IMG/VR virus record: IMGVR_UViG_3300028603_000005
Location: 1 to 64,000 of that record
Strand: one strand, 5' to 3'
Origin: a virus
Lineage: Duplodnaviria > Caudoviricetes
DNA length: 64,000 nt
In this document: positions 37,416 to 46,990 of the stretch, piece by piece
How positions within the stretch are numbered: position 1 is the stretch's first letter
Layout: each line of letters begins with the position of its first letter
Translations under genes and position numbers: made by a program
The notes under the pieces: model-generated
Told to the model about the DNA's origin: nothing
Databases searched by the model: none
The model's input: only the letters and a program-made list of their open reading frames with translations

Positions 37416-38075
37416 TTATTTTAATTTGTTTAACTGAATGTTTTTTTGATAGAAGCCTTTATTAACATTTAAGATTCCTAACCACTCATTTTGATTTAAC
37501 TCATTACTTTCTTTTAGTAATAGTATTAGTAAAAGAAAAGCTTCTAACTCATCGTGAGATACTTTCCTAACTTTAGGTGTACCATCTTTTTTAAGTTTAT
37601 CATTAAGTATTTCTACTGTATAATTATTCTCGGTTAAAAAGTCTAAGATGTTATCTGCTGTGTGTCTACTTAGTTCTTTAGGATTTAAACCTTTCTTAAC
37701 TTTTTCAGGTAAGGCTGAATTAAGGCTTCTTAAAGTGTTTGGGTTGACAGTAGAGATTTGTTTCACATTAGAGTATGAAAATAATGTTTTGGCTAATACT
37801 CCTGATAAGATACCTAACCTTGAAGCCATTAAAGAAGTTACCATAGGTTCTTCTATAATAACATTTACTTCATTGTATCCACTAAGGACTTTAAGGACTT
37901 CTTCTGCTATGTTATCTGCTCTTAGAATTGCTTTAGGATATGTTTCATTAGTTCCTTCAGGTGAGATAGCTTTAAAGATAAACTTCTTTTTACTAGGAAC
38001 ATAAACACAGACCCCAGTTCTACTATAACTAGGGTCTATAGAAATATATGCTCTGTGACTATTATAGTAAGTCAT
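37416..38075 (-). CDS. RuvC-like Holliday junction resolvase
   Basis: ISIDPSYSRTGV, VIIEEP, HDELEA. Confidence 0.7.
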   Translation of the reverse strand: MTYYNSHRAYISIDPSYSRTGVCVYVPSKKKFIFKAISPEGTNETYPKAILRADNIAEEVLKVLSGYNEVNVIIEEPMVTSLMASRLGILSGVLAKTLFSYSNVKQISTVNPNTLRSLNSALPEKVKKGLNPKELSRHTADNILDFLTENNYTVEILNDKLKKDGTPKVRKVSHDELEAFLLLILLLKESNELNQNEWLGILNVNKGFYQKNIQLNKLK

Positions 38076-38820
38076 CTAAAGTGATTTGTTTATCAGTGGC
38101 TTTTGGTGGAGTTGCTTTTGTTGAAGCTTTCTTTGGTGGAGTTGTATCTCCTAATAAGTCATCTAAAGATACTGAAGGTTTACTGTTTGTTTCTTTAGGT
38201 GGAGTTGCTTTCTTTGTTGGAGCCTTCTTTTCAGGGACTACATCAAATCCTTCATCATCATCTTCAATACCATCTAAACTAAACGATTCTTCTAATGATA
38301 CGCCTACTGAGAACGGTTCTCCTTCACCAACTTTACAAACTGCTCCTAAGTAAGCAGTGATACCAGCTTTACCATTAACATTGTAAGGCTTGATTGTGAT
38401 ATCTGCATCTGCTACCATACCAGCGTAGAACTCATCATGTTCATCTTCTTCTAAAAGTCTTGCTCTTCCATTTGCTTCTCTAATAAATAAGGCAGGTTGA
38501 AATTTAGGACTTCCAGCTTTAACAACAAAAGCACCTTCTTCGTGTGGGTTGTCTTCTTTTGGACCACGATAAGGTAATGTTAAATCATTTGGTGTTCTAT
38601 TGTTCCAATGTGTTGCGATAGCACTTTGTGCTACTTCTTTAACATAAGCTTTAACTAAATCTATTGTTTCCTTATCCCTAATAATAAACTCTGCTCCCCA
38701 ACTACCAGCTTTAAACTGTCCTTCAGGTCTAGCAGTAACTAGGTATGGATACGAAACGATAACATCAGTTAATCTTAGTTTCTTAATGTTGCCTTCGGCA
38801 TCTCGTATAATTCTAGACAT
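38062..38820 (-). CDS. Single-stranded DNA-binding protein (gp2.5/DUF2815-like)
   Basis: VSYPYL, FYAG...ITIKPYN.NGKAGITAYLGAVCKVGEGEPF; acidic tail. Confidence 0.8.
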   Translation of the reverse strand: MSRIIRDAEGNIKKLRLTDVIVSYPYLVTARPEGQFKAGSWGAEFIIRDKETIDLVKAYVKEVAQSAIATHWNNRTPNDLTLPYRGPKEDNPHEEGAFVVKAGSPKFQPALFIREANGRARLLEEDEHDEFYAGMVADADITIKPYNVNGKAGITAYLGAVCKVGEGEPFSVGVSLEESFSLDGIEDDDEGFDVVPEKKAPTKKATPPKETNSKPSVSLDDLLGDTTPPKKASTKATPPKATDKQITLDDLL

Positions 38821-38871
38821 GTATTCACTCTCCTTTTTGTCTTTATACTATTAGAAGGTATTTACCTTCTA

Positions 38872-38884
38872 TATACTATAGTGT
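38872..38884 (-). promoter_or_regulatory. ACACTATAGTATA motif upstream of the SSB gene
   Basis: Exact copy of the recurrent 13-mer. Confidence 0.7.
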
Positions 38885-38930
38885 AGAAATATTCTTTTTA
38901 TATAAGGTGTATTACACTGTGTTGATTAAA

Positions 38931-39074
38931 AATAGACTACCTTAATGGAACACTTAGGCAATAAAATAGAAAGGAGGATTTATATATTTAGGAAAAATAT
39001 ATGGATTAATAAAACATAATTAATAATAAAAAATATAAAAGGAGTTCCTAAGTGTCCCATTGAGGTAGTCTATT
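38931..39074. repeat. 28-bp inverted repeat (2 mismatches) enclosing an 88-nt AT-rich loop
   Basis: 38931-38958 versus 39047-39074. Confidence 0.85.
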
Positions 39075-39543
39075 CAGTTTTTAGTTTTAAATATATTCTT
39101 AGCAATTCTTGATAGTTAATCTTATCATATTGATAAGCTTTATAGACTTCTTTTAATAAGTTTTTAGTTTGGTCTGTTTCTGTTGTTTCTCTACTAAACT
39201 CTTTAGCTAAGTCTATTGGTTGGTTTTCTTTTAAGAATACTTCTTGTTCAGTTTCAGTAAGTTTGTTCCAAAGATGTTCTCCTACTTTATAAGGGTCTTC
39301 ATTAATAAGTAGTTTAATAATATCTTCAGGCTTGTATAACTTTTGTTCTGAAAAGCACCAGAGAGTTTCTTTACCACCGTTATTATAGATAACTGCTGCT
39401 GGTGTGTTGGTGTTGTCATGAAAGGGACAGAAGCAAGGTCTACCCACAGTATAGATATTCTCTGAGTTGAGCTTAGGCAATACTGTGGTGAACTTTACTT
39501 TTTCATTTAGTAGTTTAATAAAAGTTTCTTTATCTACTTTCAT
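39070..39543 (-). CDS. Primase zinc-binding (CHC2) domain protein
   Basis: CFCPFHDNTNTPA...WCFS. Confidence 0.7.
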   Translation of the reverse strand: MKVDKETFIKLLNEKVKFTTVLPKLNSENIYTVGRPCFCPFHDNTNTPAAVIYNNGGKETLWCFSEQKLYKPEDIIKLLINEDPYKVGEHLWNKLTETEQEVFLKENQPIDLAKEFSRETTETDQTKNLLKEVYKAYQYDKINYQELLRIYLKLKTE

Positions 39544-40028
39544 AGTTGGTCTGGAACATTGATTTTAATTTTGTTCTTTGGTACATATTTAGCAGTTAAC
39601 TGAACAAAAACATAACCACCTGAGAACCAATAATCTAACTCAGTGTACTTCTTGTTGGGATTTAATAAGATAGTTTTATCTACTTTACCTGTCTCATGGC
39701 TTTCTACAGTTCCTAACTCACCTTTGTAGCTACCTACTATAGAAGATGAGCCTCTAACATAAACTTCGGTTTGGTCTTTGTTTGTAGTTACAGTAATATC
39801 TTTATCTAAAACACCAAAGGCTTTTACTAAATATAGTTCAACATCACCTTTAATATCAAAAGGTTTTACATACTCTACTTCTGGAATATCATCTTCATCA
39901 GTAGCATCACGGCTATTATAGTTAAAAGGTTCTGCTCGTTTTTCAACTTCTTCTTTTATTCCAAAGACTTTTTTTAAATATTCAAGCTCTTCTTTTTTTA
40001 AATACTTTGTTAAATCTATCACTATCAT
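39540..40028 (-). CDS. Hsp20/alpha-crystallin-like protein, paralog of 40025-40495
   Basis: FGV...DITVT....EVYVRG...GGYVFVQL..K..PKNKIKIN. Confidence 0.55.
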   Translation of the reverse strand: MIVIDLTKYLKKEELEYLKKVFGIKEEVEKRAEPFNYNSRDATDEDDIPEVEYVKPFDIKGDVELYLVKAFGVLDKDITVTTNKDQTEVYVRGSSSIVGSYKGELGTVESHETGKVDKTILLNPNKKYTELDYWFSGGYVFVQLTAKYVPKNKIKINVPDQL

Positions 40029-40495
40029 TTCTTTTCCTCCACGACTTTTGGTTTGTTAATCTTAATTTTGTTTTTAGGTTCGTTTTTAGTAGTGAGTGTT
40101 ACTACAACAAAACCTCCTACAAACTCATAGTCTAAGGCAGTGTATCTTTTACTTTCATCTAATAAGATAACTGCTTCTACTTTTTCATCAAAAGTGTTTA
40201 CAATATCTGTACCTTCGTTTTGGCCAACATAGGTAGAATAACCTTCGATGTTAACTTCAGTTTGGTCTTCATTTAAAGTAATGTTGATATCTTCTTCTCT
40301 AACACCGAAAGTTCTAACATAAAAGACTTCTTTGTTTTTAAGTTTTGCGAAAGGGTCTTCATAAACATCTTTGGCTTTTTCCTCTGTACCAGTTTCTGTT
40401 TTAGGGTTTTGACAGCCTTTATCTCCTTCAAGATTTTCAACTATTTTATCTATTGGTTCACTTACTGTTTTTAAATAATCATTACTAAAATTCAT
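40025..40495 (-). CDS. Hsp20/alpha-crystallin-like protein
   Basis: FGVREEDINITL...VNIEG...GGFVVVTL..K..PKNKIKIN. Confidence 0.55.
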   Translation of the reverse strand: MNFSNDYLKTVSEPIDKIVENLEGDKGCQNPKTETGTEEKAKDVYEDPFAKLKNKEVFYVRTFGVREEDINITLNEDQTEVNIEGYSTYVGQNEGTDIVNTFDEKVEAVILLDESKRYTALDYEFVGGFVVVTLTTKNEPKNKIKINKPKVVEEKK

Positions 40496-40499
40496 TTTT

Positions 40500-40712
40500 T
40501 CACTTCTCCAATTCGTTAATTAAATTTCTTAATGCGATTGCAACAGAAAACATCTTAACATGCTTATCTGCTAATTCTTTTTCAAAGTGTACTGAATCAA
40601 TACACTTCTCTATTTCTTTATATTTGTCTTTTAAATATTCTAAATCAATTTCAAAAACTTCTTTTTTCTTTAGGACGAATTCATTTTCTCCTATTTGTTT
40701 TATACTTGCCAT
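40500..40712 (-). CDS. Hypothetical protein
   Basis: Downstream of the promoter motif at 40733. Confidence 0.5.
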   Translation of the reverse strand: MASIKQIGENEFVLKKKEVFEIDLEYLKDKYKEIEKCIDSVHFEKELADKHVKMFSVAIALRNLINELEK

Positions 40713-40732
40713 ACTCTTTATTATCCCTTCTA

Positions 40733-40745
40733 TATACTATAGTGT
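40733..40745 (-). promoter_or_regulatory. ACACTATAGTATA motif
   Basis: Exact copy. Confidence 0.7.
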
Positions 40746-40758
40746 GGAAAAGGATGTT

Positions 40759-41073
40759 TTATATATCCTTGTCTTCAAAGTCTTTTGTGTAGACTAATTT
40801 CCACGCTTCACCGAAGTCATCTATTAAATAGTATTCATCGTGTGTCATACTGTTAGGAGCTTCCATATAAGCAATCTCACCACACTCTTCACAAAGCTCT
40901 TCACCTGATGCTGATACGAACCTTGTGCCATCTTCTTTAAAGTGTTTTTCACCACAACCTTCACAAGTGTAAGTTTGTGTATTTAAGAACTCAGCTAATG
41001 TTTCTGGTTTGTTAGTTGGTTTGTTGTGCTTTTCACACCATTTTATAAAAAGTTCGAAACTTGTTTTAGTCAT
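40759..41073 (-). CDS. Small zinc-ribbon protein
   Basis: CEGCG...CEECG. Confidence 0.6.
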   Translation of the reverse strand: MTKTSFELFIKWCEKHNKPTNKPETLAEFLNTQTYTCEGCGEKHFKEDGTRFVSASGEELCEECGEIAYMEAPNSMTHDEYYLIDDFGEAWKLVYTKDFEDKDI

Positions 41074-41085
41074 TTTGTATCCTCC

Positions 41086-41319
41086 TTATTCAAAATTAAC
41101 TTCTAACTCTGGGAACTTCTCTAACAACTTTGTTTGAAGTTCATACAATAACTTGAAGCTTTCATAGTCTTCTTTCCAACCTATAATATCTTTTTGGAAG
41201 TAGTATTGATTGTCATGATAGTCATACATGTTTAAAGCTTCTTCTGGAGTTTTGTTCTCCATCACTTTGTCAAAATTCTTTAGTGTTTTTTTAATGCTTT
41301 CTTTTACTGGTTTGTTCAT
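41086..41319 (-). CDS. Hypothetical early protein (start probably MNKPVK)
   Basis: RBS and promoter lie upstream of the second Met of the listed ORF. Confidence 0.55.
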   Translation of the reverse strand: MNKPVKESIKKTLKNFDKVMENKTPEEALNMYDYHDNQYYFQKDIIGWKEDYESFKLLYELQTKLLEKFPELEVNFE

Positions 41320-41351
41320 TATAAACCCCTTCCTTTTCTTATTCTGACTAT

Positions 41352-41380
41352 AGTATAACATCAAAGAAAAAGATTGTCAA
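41352..41380 (-). promoter_or_regulatory. SigA-type early promoter, near-duplicate of 56999-57027
   Basis: TTGACA-17-TATACT. Confidence 0.75.
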
Positions 41381-41385
41381 CACTT

Positions 41386-41622
41386 TTAATAAATAAATTT
41401 TCTTAATTTTCTTTTACTGTCTGAAAAGGCTATAAAATCTTTTCTATAAGCCCAAGCACCTATTCTATTAGACTTTGTTTTTAGTTTATACCAAAAGGTG
41501 TAGTTAAAATATATTTCTTGCTCATCTCCAGTTGTCCAAGCCCAAATTTTAACTATAGTGTTATCATGTAGTAAACCATACTTACCATCTTCTTTATTAT
41601 AATTTCTAAGTTTTGTATTCAT
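41386..41622 (-). CDS. Hypothetical protein
   Basis: Co-oriented small ORF. Confidence 0.5.
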   Translation of the reverse strand: MNTKLRNYNKEDGKYGLLHDNTIVKIWAWTTGDEQEIYFNYTFWYKLKTKSNRIGAWAYRKDFIAFSDSKRKLRKFIY

Positions 41623-41623
41623 A

Positions 41624-41917
41624 TTATATCAAGTACTCCCAATCAAACTTTTGTGAAATGTCCTCAACAAACTCAAGGATATTTTTAACTATGTCTTTCT
41701 CTTCATGAGTTAAACCTAAAAAGTTGTGTGCTACTAATTCAACTCCTGTAAAAAATTCTTTGTTTCCATCTATGGTTGCTACAACAAAACAATTATCAAC
41801 ATCTTCCCACTTAACTATTTCATACTTAGTGATATCTATAAAAGACCTCATTGTTTTGGGGTCTTTTGTAGAAACACCTCTTCTTAACCCTATATTTTTA
41901 ATTCTAATATTAACCAT
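41624..41917 (-). CDS. Hypothetical protein
   Basis: RBS AGGAGG. Confidence 0.55.
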   Translation of the reverse strand: MVNIRIKNIGLRRGVSTKDPKTMRSFIDITKYEIVKWEDVDNCFVVATIDGNKEFFTGVELVAHNFLGLTHEEKDIVKNILEFVEDISQKFDWEYLI

Positions 41918-41928
41918 TTTGTTTCCTC

Positions 41929-42390
41929 CTAATATCTCTTAAACTCACTCTTGGGAAAAATCCACAATACTCCCTGACTACCTAAATCTGAAATAGGTAA
42001 AGCTTTTGGTGGTAGTTCAAACTCTACTACACTATCTAAAAGTTGTTGATTAAACTCTTCATCATCTGTGAAGTAATCTTTAATGTTCTCTTTAAAAGCA
42101 AATAGCCAAAGTCCTAAATAATGCTCACCAGCTAGTTCTTCAAGTTGTTCTATATATTCTATTGCTTTATCTTTTTCAGGTTCATCTATATAACCTAACT
42201 CAAACATTGTGTTGAGGATATCTTCATTACCTAAATCTTCATATTCATACTCTAAAATATCTAAGGCTTTATAAGGTCTTCTTGGTGAACCATAAAGTTC
42301 ATCACTTCTATATCCTTTATTATTTTGAAGCATTGTGTAAAGTTCTTGTGTTGCTTGGTTCAGCTTTTCTTTCATATCTACCCCAATCAC
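41929..42390 (-). CDS. Hypothetical protein
   Basis: Co-oriented ORF. Confidence 0.55.
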   Translation of the reverse strand: MIGVDMKEKLNQATQELYTMLQNNKGYRSDELYGSPRRPYKALDILEYEYEDLGNEDILNTMFELGYIDEPEKDKAIEYIEQLEELAGEHYLGLWLFAFKENIKDYFTDDEEFNQQLLDSVVEFELPPKALPISDLGSQGVLWIFPKSEFKRY

Positions 42391-43019
42391 AGTTTAACTA
42401 TTGTCCCTAATGCAATATCGTTTACATTAAATTTTCTATCACTAGAAACTCTTGTATTTCCATATACTTTTGTAAGTCCATATACTTTTGCATCACCAGA
42501 AACACTTGCATTTCCATACACTCTTGCATTTCCATACACTCTTGCATTCCCATGAACATATGCATATCTATGAATACTTGCATTGCCATATATTTTCGCA
42601 CGTTTACCAACTATTGCATATCCATAAACAACAGCATCATCGAATACTCTTGCACTGTCAAACACTCCTGCATTGTCAAATACTTTAGCGTTGCCATAAA
42701 CTTGAGCCTTGCCATATACTTCTGCATTACCATACACTCTTGCATTTCCATACACTCTTGCAAGTCCATACACTTTTGCATTACCACTAACTTTTGCATT
42801 ATCAGATACTTTAGCACTGGCATGAACTATTGCTTTGTCATAAATCCAGCAATCACCTTCGTGTGATAGGTTATTTTCACTTTCTACAAAACCACCTAAG
42901 TCACCAGTTTTAACATTTCCAAAATCTTTTAAGGCTCTAATTCTGTAAACAGAGCCGTGTCCCGGCATCCCTTTGGTTTTATTTGTTAATTCATATTTTT
43001 TCATATACTTTCGTTCCAA
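42387..43019 (-). CDS. Hexapeptide-repeat (GNAxVY) beta-helix protein
   Basis: YRIRALKDFGNVK.GDLGGFVESE.NLS.EG.CW followed by many GNA-V-Y repeats. Confidence 0.85.
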   Translation of the reverse strand: MERKYMKKYELTNKTKGMPGHGSVYRIRALKDFGNVKTGDLGGFVESENNLSHEGDCWIYDKAIVHASAKVSDNAKVSGNAKVYGLARVYGNARVYGNAEVYGKAQVYGNAKVFDNAGVFDSARVFDDAVVYGYAIVGKRAKIYGNASIHRYAYVHGNARVYGNARVYGNASVSGDAKVYGLTKVYGNTRVSSDRKFNVNDIALGTIVKL

Positions 43020-43040
43020 TCTAATCTTTCTAACGCTTCT

Positions 43041-43313
43041 TTACTTGTCATTTTCTAACTCCAAAATTTTTGTTTTAATTCTTTGATAATCTTCATACTC
43101 TATATGATTTAAGGCAGGAAATTCTTGCTCGTGCTTTTCTTTTTCACGATAAAGTGTTAATAACTTTTCTTGCTTTTGTGCCATTCTAATTGCTTTTGAT
43201 ATTTTATTCATTTGATTAAGACTTAACATATAACAATCATCATCTTCATCTTGTGGGTCTGTAAAACTATCTAGTAATATATCTAATACTTCGTCATAAA
43301 TTGATTTACTCAT
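43041..43313 (-). CDS. Hypothetical protein
   Basis: Coupled small ORF. Confidence 0.5.
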   Translation of the reverse strand: MSKSIYDEVLDILLDSFTDPQDEDDDCYMLSLNQMNKISKAIRMAQKQEKLLTLYREKEKHEQEFPALNHIEYEDYQRIKTKILELENDK

Positions 43314-43561
43314 TCTAATTCCTCCTTTAACTTTTTTATTTCTTCTGAAGTTAGTAAATTTTTCGCTTTCTTATATGCATTAAACATAATAATGTCATTT
43401 TTTAATTCCATTTCCTTATTATAAACTTCATTTTGACATACATTACAATAAGTTATGTAAAGATTTTCAGTAATTTCAATATCTTTAACTTTGTATGTTC
43501 TTTCTTCTTCTTTTATTATTACATCGTGAATCATACCACAGGTTTCACAATACTTGCTCAT
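43310..43561 (-). CDS. MqsA/YgiT-type zinc-finger protein lacking the HTH
   Basis: YCETCG...YKVKD.EI......YCNVC.NEVY...AYKK..NLLTSEEIK.L. Confidence 0.6.
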   Translation of the reverse strand: MSKYCETCGMIHDVIIKEEERTYKVKDIEITENLYITYCNVCQNEVYNKEMELKNDIIMFNAYKKAKNLLTSEEIKKLKEELE

Positions 43562-43819
43562 TTTTCTAACTCCTTATCTTCAACAATAATTCCAAAAACT
43601 GCTAATGCCCTGTAAATATCATTATATGTTCCTCTGCGACTTAATTGCGTATATTTTGCTAAATCAGAAATTAAATCTATCGCTTGCCACTCTACTACTT
43701 GCCACGATACAGTTTTCCTTAAAGCTCTTCTCGCCTCAGTAATTGCTGGTAAGTCGTCTAAATCATTTTTTTATTATCTCCTTTATCGTTCGTATCATTA
43801 CTTAATAGTAAAGGGCTTA

Positions 43820-43926
43820 TTATTCATTTTTGAAGGACAATCGTCAAATTATTTGATAATTAGCCTCAATAATCAACTCTTTTATTCATTTTTGAAGGAC
43901 AATCGTCAAATTATTTGATAATTAGC
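43820..43926. repeat. 45-bp direct repeat, two copies 62 bp apart
   Basis: TTATTCATTTTTGAAGGACAATCGTCAAATTATTTGATAATTAGC at 43820 and 43882. Confidence 0.85.
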
Positions 43927-43948
43927 ATTATTAATTAGTTTTTTCATT

Positions 43949-44284
43949 TTATTCGCTCCAATCTAAACGCTGACCACACTCACTACAATAATTTGAATAC
44001 TCACTTAAATAATGTTGGTGACAATTAGGACAATAATTATAATCAGTTTTAAACACTTTCTTTGCCGTGTCTCTTTCTGTTAATTCTAATAACCTTTTAT
44101 CTTTCTTTTTAAGACGTTCTAATTCGTTGAGGGCTTGTTGTATCTCATCGATGACTTTTTCATCTGCTGTAATAGGTAATAAACGTGCTGACGTTAGTGT
44201 GTTAATTACTACTTGTTTCGTAATAATGTTTTTATCTGTTGCTTTTTCATGCATAATCATTTTCTTTCTCCTTATCTTCAACAA
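43949..44284 (-). CDS. Small protein with a C-terminal zinc ribbon
   Basis: CPNC...YCSECGQRLDW. Confidence 0.6.
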   Translation of the reverse strand: MLKIRRKKMIMHEKATDKNIITKQVVINTLTSARLLPITADEKVIDEIQQALNELERLKKKDKRLLELTERDTAKKVFKTDYNYCPNCHQHYLSEYSNYCSECGQRLDWSE

Positions 44285-44667
44285 TCATTTTTGGTTGTTT
44301 TTATTTTCAACAATCGTTTTTGGTTGTTCGGTATGAACTGATACCAAAAACTTGTACTTAGTGCATATTGGGCTAAGTGTCCTATTAAACGAACGATGTA
44401 ATATTGTTTGTCATTTTACTGCCTCCTGTTTATTTATCTATATTCATTATATCATATCACTTTTAAAATGTAAACAGTATTTTTAAACTTAGTCTTTTAG
44501 TAATGTCAATAAGTCTTTCGCAGATATTACACCGAACTTTATCGCCAACTTTAAATTTACTCACACACAACAAGTTCCCTTAATCTCTCTTTTGTTATCT
44601 CAAAATATTTTGTCAACACTTTTGTTAAATGTTTTTATAAGTGTTAGTTCTAATTTATATAACTTAC

Positions 44668-44964
44668 TTAAAATAATGTGGGATTGTTATCTAAGTAATC
44701 CTTTATTTTTACTTTACTTGCTATGGTTGATTCTTCAACAAAATTATATTTATTGAGAATTTTAAAACTTCTTTTAGGATTCTTATTTAAAAGTAGTAAT
44801 AAGTTTTTAACTGATTCAATAGGAGAGGTAATTCCTTTTTCCCAGTTAGTTATTGTTCTATGACTAACACCTACTAAATTAGCAAATTCTTGTTGTGTTA
44901 GTTTTAATTTTTTTCTTAATTTAATTATAAATTCTTGGTTTATATTAACATATTTTTTATTCAT
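44668..44964 (-). CDS. XRE-family HTH protein
   Basis: LRKKLKLTQQEFANLVGVSHRTITNWEKG. Confidence 0.85.
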   Translation of the reverse strand: MNKKYVNINQEFIIKLRKKLKLTQQEFANLVGVSHRTITNWEKGITSPIESVKNLLLLLNKNPKRSFKILNKYNFVEESTIASKVKIKDYLDNNPTLF

Positions 44965-45425
44965 TATATCCCTCCTAACTCTTCTAAGTATTCTTTTAAT
45001 TCTTGTGTGTATACTGTATCAACAACTTCTTCTAAAATAATATCAAGACCTTCACTTGGAATAACTCCTGAGTATTTAAGAGTTATTTGGTCAAAGTGTA
45101 TTGTTCCATATTCTTCTATTATTTCATCAAAGAAGTCAAAGTTATAATCATCTAACTCTAACTTATCTAAGTCTAAGTTTTCTGGATATACTACTAATAC
45201 TTTAGGACTTCCTTCACCTTCTGAGTTGTTAGCAAAGTTGTAGGCTGAACTTATTACTGTGTCTAACCAAACAGACTTGTCATTCCAAACAGACTTCTCT
45301 GGAGTTATTCCTTTTTCATAAATACTTTTTAAGTTTGCTGAAGTTGTTCCATGAAACAGTATATGGTTTTCTTTTAACTCTAACTTGTGTCCTTTATACT
45401 CAAATGTTTTTAATACTTTACCCAT
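44964..45425 (-). CDS. ADP-ribosyltransferase/Tpt1-like fold protein
   Basis: LFHGT....LKSI...GI.P...VWL......A..FA. Confidence 0.5.
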   Translation of the reverse strand: MGKVLKTFEYKGHKLELKENHILFHGTTSANLKSIYEKGITPEKSVWNDKSVWLDTVISSAYNFANNSEGEGSPKVLVVYPENLDLDKLELDDYNFDFFDEIIEEYGTIHFDQITLKYSGVIPSEGLDIILEEVVDTVYTQELKEYLEELGGI

Positions 45426-45436
45426 AGTTTTCTCCT

Positions 45437-45622
45437 TTACCCACCCATAACTATATTAAATAGTATTTTTAGAGCCTTTATTGTTTTAGATAGTCCATCA
45501 TCTAAGTTTACTTTATAAAAGTAGGCTACTTTTTCTATACCTAAGTTTGAGTATTTCTCTGCCATAGCTTCTAAGATAGCAATATCTTTCTCAAACTCTT
45601 GTAGCTTTTGTTTTTTACTCAT
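45437..45622 (-). CDS. Small hypothetical protein
   Basis: Coupled ORF. Confidence 0.45.
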   Translation of the reverse strand: MSKKQKLQEFEKDIAILEAMAEKYSNLGIEKVAYFYKVNLDDGLSKTIKALKILFNIVMGG

Positions 45623-46136
45623 CTTTCCCCAACTCCTTAAATACTAATTGCTTTGGTAATAGCCCATTACAGAACCAACTTGTATTAAACCAAGCACCAG
45701 CCTTACCTTTAGTAAAGTTTACTCTACCATCTAAGACTAATACTTCAATATTGTTTTCTCTAAATAGTTTACCTCTAGCCATTCCTTCTAAAGAAGTGAT
45801 AGGTAATAGAAAGGCAAACTGTTTATTTAATTCATAAGCTCTTTTTAAGAACTTGTCTTTCAAACTGTATGGTGGATTAGTGATTATTATATCATACTCA
45901 AAGTCTGGAGTATCTTCTAAGAAGTCAAAGTCATCTTTATGTGAAGCTACTACTGTATAACCTAACTCTCTTAATCTACTTGTTATTTGAGAAGCACCAA
46001 AGTCTGTGCACTCCCAAATTACTTTATCTTTAGGAATGAACTCTATTAAAGGCTCTATTGCATAAGCTGGTGTATAAACTTCATCAAAGACACCACCTGC
46101 TTTTAATTTCATTAAAGGGCTTTGTTTTTTACTCAT
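45615..46136 (-). CDS. Small DNA adenine methyltransferase
   Basis: DEVYTP, IWEC, DFL, IITNPPY. Confidence 0.8.
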   Translation of the reverse strand: MSKKQSPLMKLKAGGVFDEVYTPAYAIEPLIEFIPKDKVIWECTDFGASQITSRLRELGYTVVASHKDDFDFLEDTPDFEYDIIITNPPYSLKDKFLKRAYELNKQFAFLLPITSLEGMARGKLFRENNIEVLVLDGRVNFTKGKAGAWFNTSWFCNGLLPKQLVFKELGKDE

Positions 46137-46237
46137 CTTTATCTACCTCTTTTATTAATATTTTATTTGTGCCTTTAGTCATCTTTTCACCACTACTGTT
46201 TTAACTAAACTTTCGTTCCCACAAAACTTTTTACTTT

Positions 46238-46266
46238 ATTATATAGGAAGTTTTTACCTACGTCAA
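46238..46266 (-). promoter_or_regulatory. SigA-type promoter
   Basis: TTGACG-17-TATAAT. Confidence 0.6.
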
Positions 46267-46565
46267 CATAATGTGGGTAAATTATTCTTTATTTTTCTAA
46301 ATCTTTCACTAGCTTTAACTTTTTTATTTCTTCAATTATTTCTTTTGACACTCTTGCACTTTCTTCTGCTATATCAGAGTCCCAATAATTTATTCATCGT
46401 TTTCTAACTCCTTTTGATTATCTATAGTATTGTATTCAGATGTTGTTGTTGTATTACTAGTTTCATAAATAGGTGCGTTTTCAACTACTCGTGATGTCCA
46501 ACTATCCACTAAAATCAATTTACCATCAGGCGTTGGAACCCATTGGTATCTCCCAAATGTAAAGT

Positions 46566-46946
46566 TCATTTTGTTTCCTCCTCCAAACTTTCATAAAACT
46601 TACCAATCATTGTGGTTAGGGGTGGTGTAAGGTCATCAGTTCCCCAATATATTGTTCCATCTTCTTTTAACCAACATATAGGTCTTAACAGATAACCAAA
46701 TACAAAACTTTTCTTATCTTTTAAGTATTGAATACCTGCATTATTATATCTTTTACTCAATGCCTTACACACTTCATCTTCTGTCGGTATAGGTGTATCT
46801 CTTTCTACTAATTGTTCTAATACGTCTACATTTTCTTTAATTATTAGAAATCCTAATTCACTACCATCCTCTTTAAGTTTTTCTAATAAGTATTCTTTAA
46901 TGTTTTTTAATGCTTCTTTACTTGTCATTTTCTTTCCTCCTAACAC
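46566..46946 (-). CDS. Hypothetical protein
   Basis: Downstream of the promoter at 46962-46990. Confidence 0.55.
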   Translation of the reverse strand: MLGGKKMTSKEALKNIKEYLLEKLKEDGSELGFLIIKENVDVLEQLVERDTPIPTEDEVCKALSKRYNNAGIQYLKDKKSFVFGYLLRPICWLKEDGTIYWGTDDLTPPLTTMIGKFYESLEEETK

Positions 46947-46961
46947 ACACTGTGCATACTA

Positions 46962-46990
46962 ATAATATCACTTTTATTTTAGTTTGTCAA
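46962..46990 (-). promoter_or_regulatory. SigA-type promoter
   Basis: TTGACA-17-TATTAT with extended TG. Confidence 0.6.

Noticed and set aside
42422-42823. Alternative-frame ORFs 42422-42610 and 42611-42823
   Set aside because: By-products of the 18-bp repeat in the hexapeptide gene.
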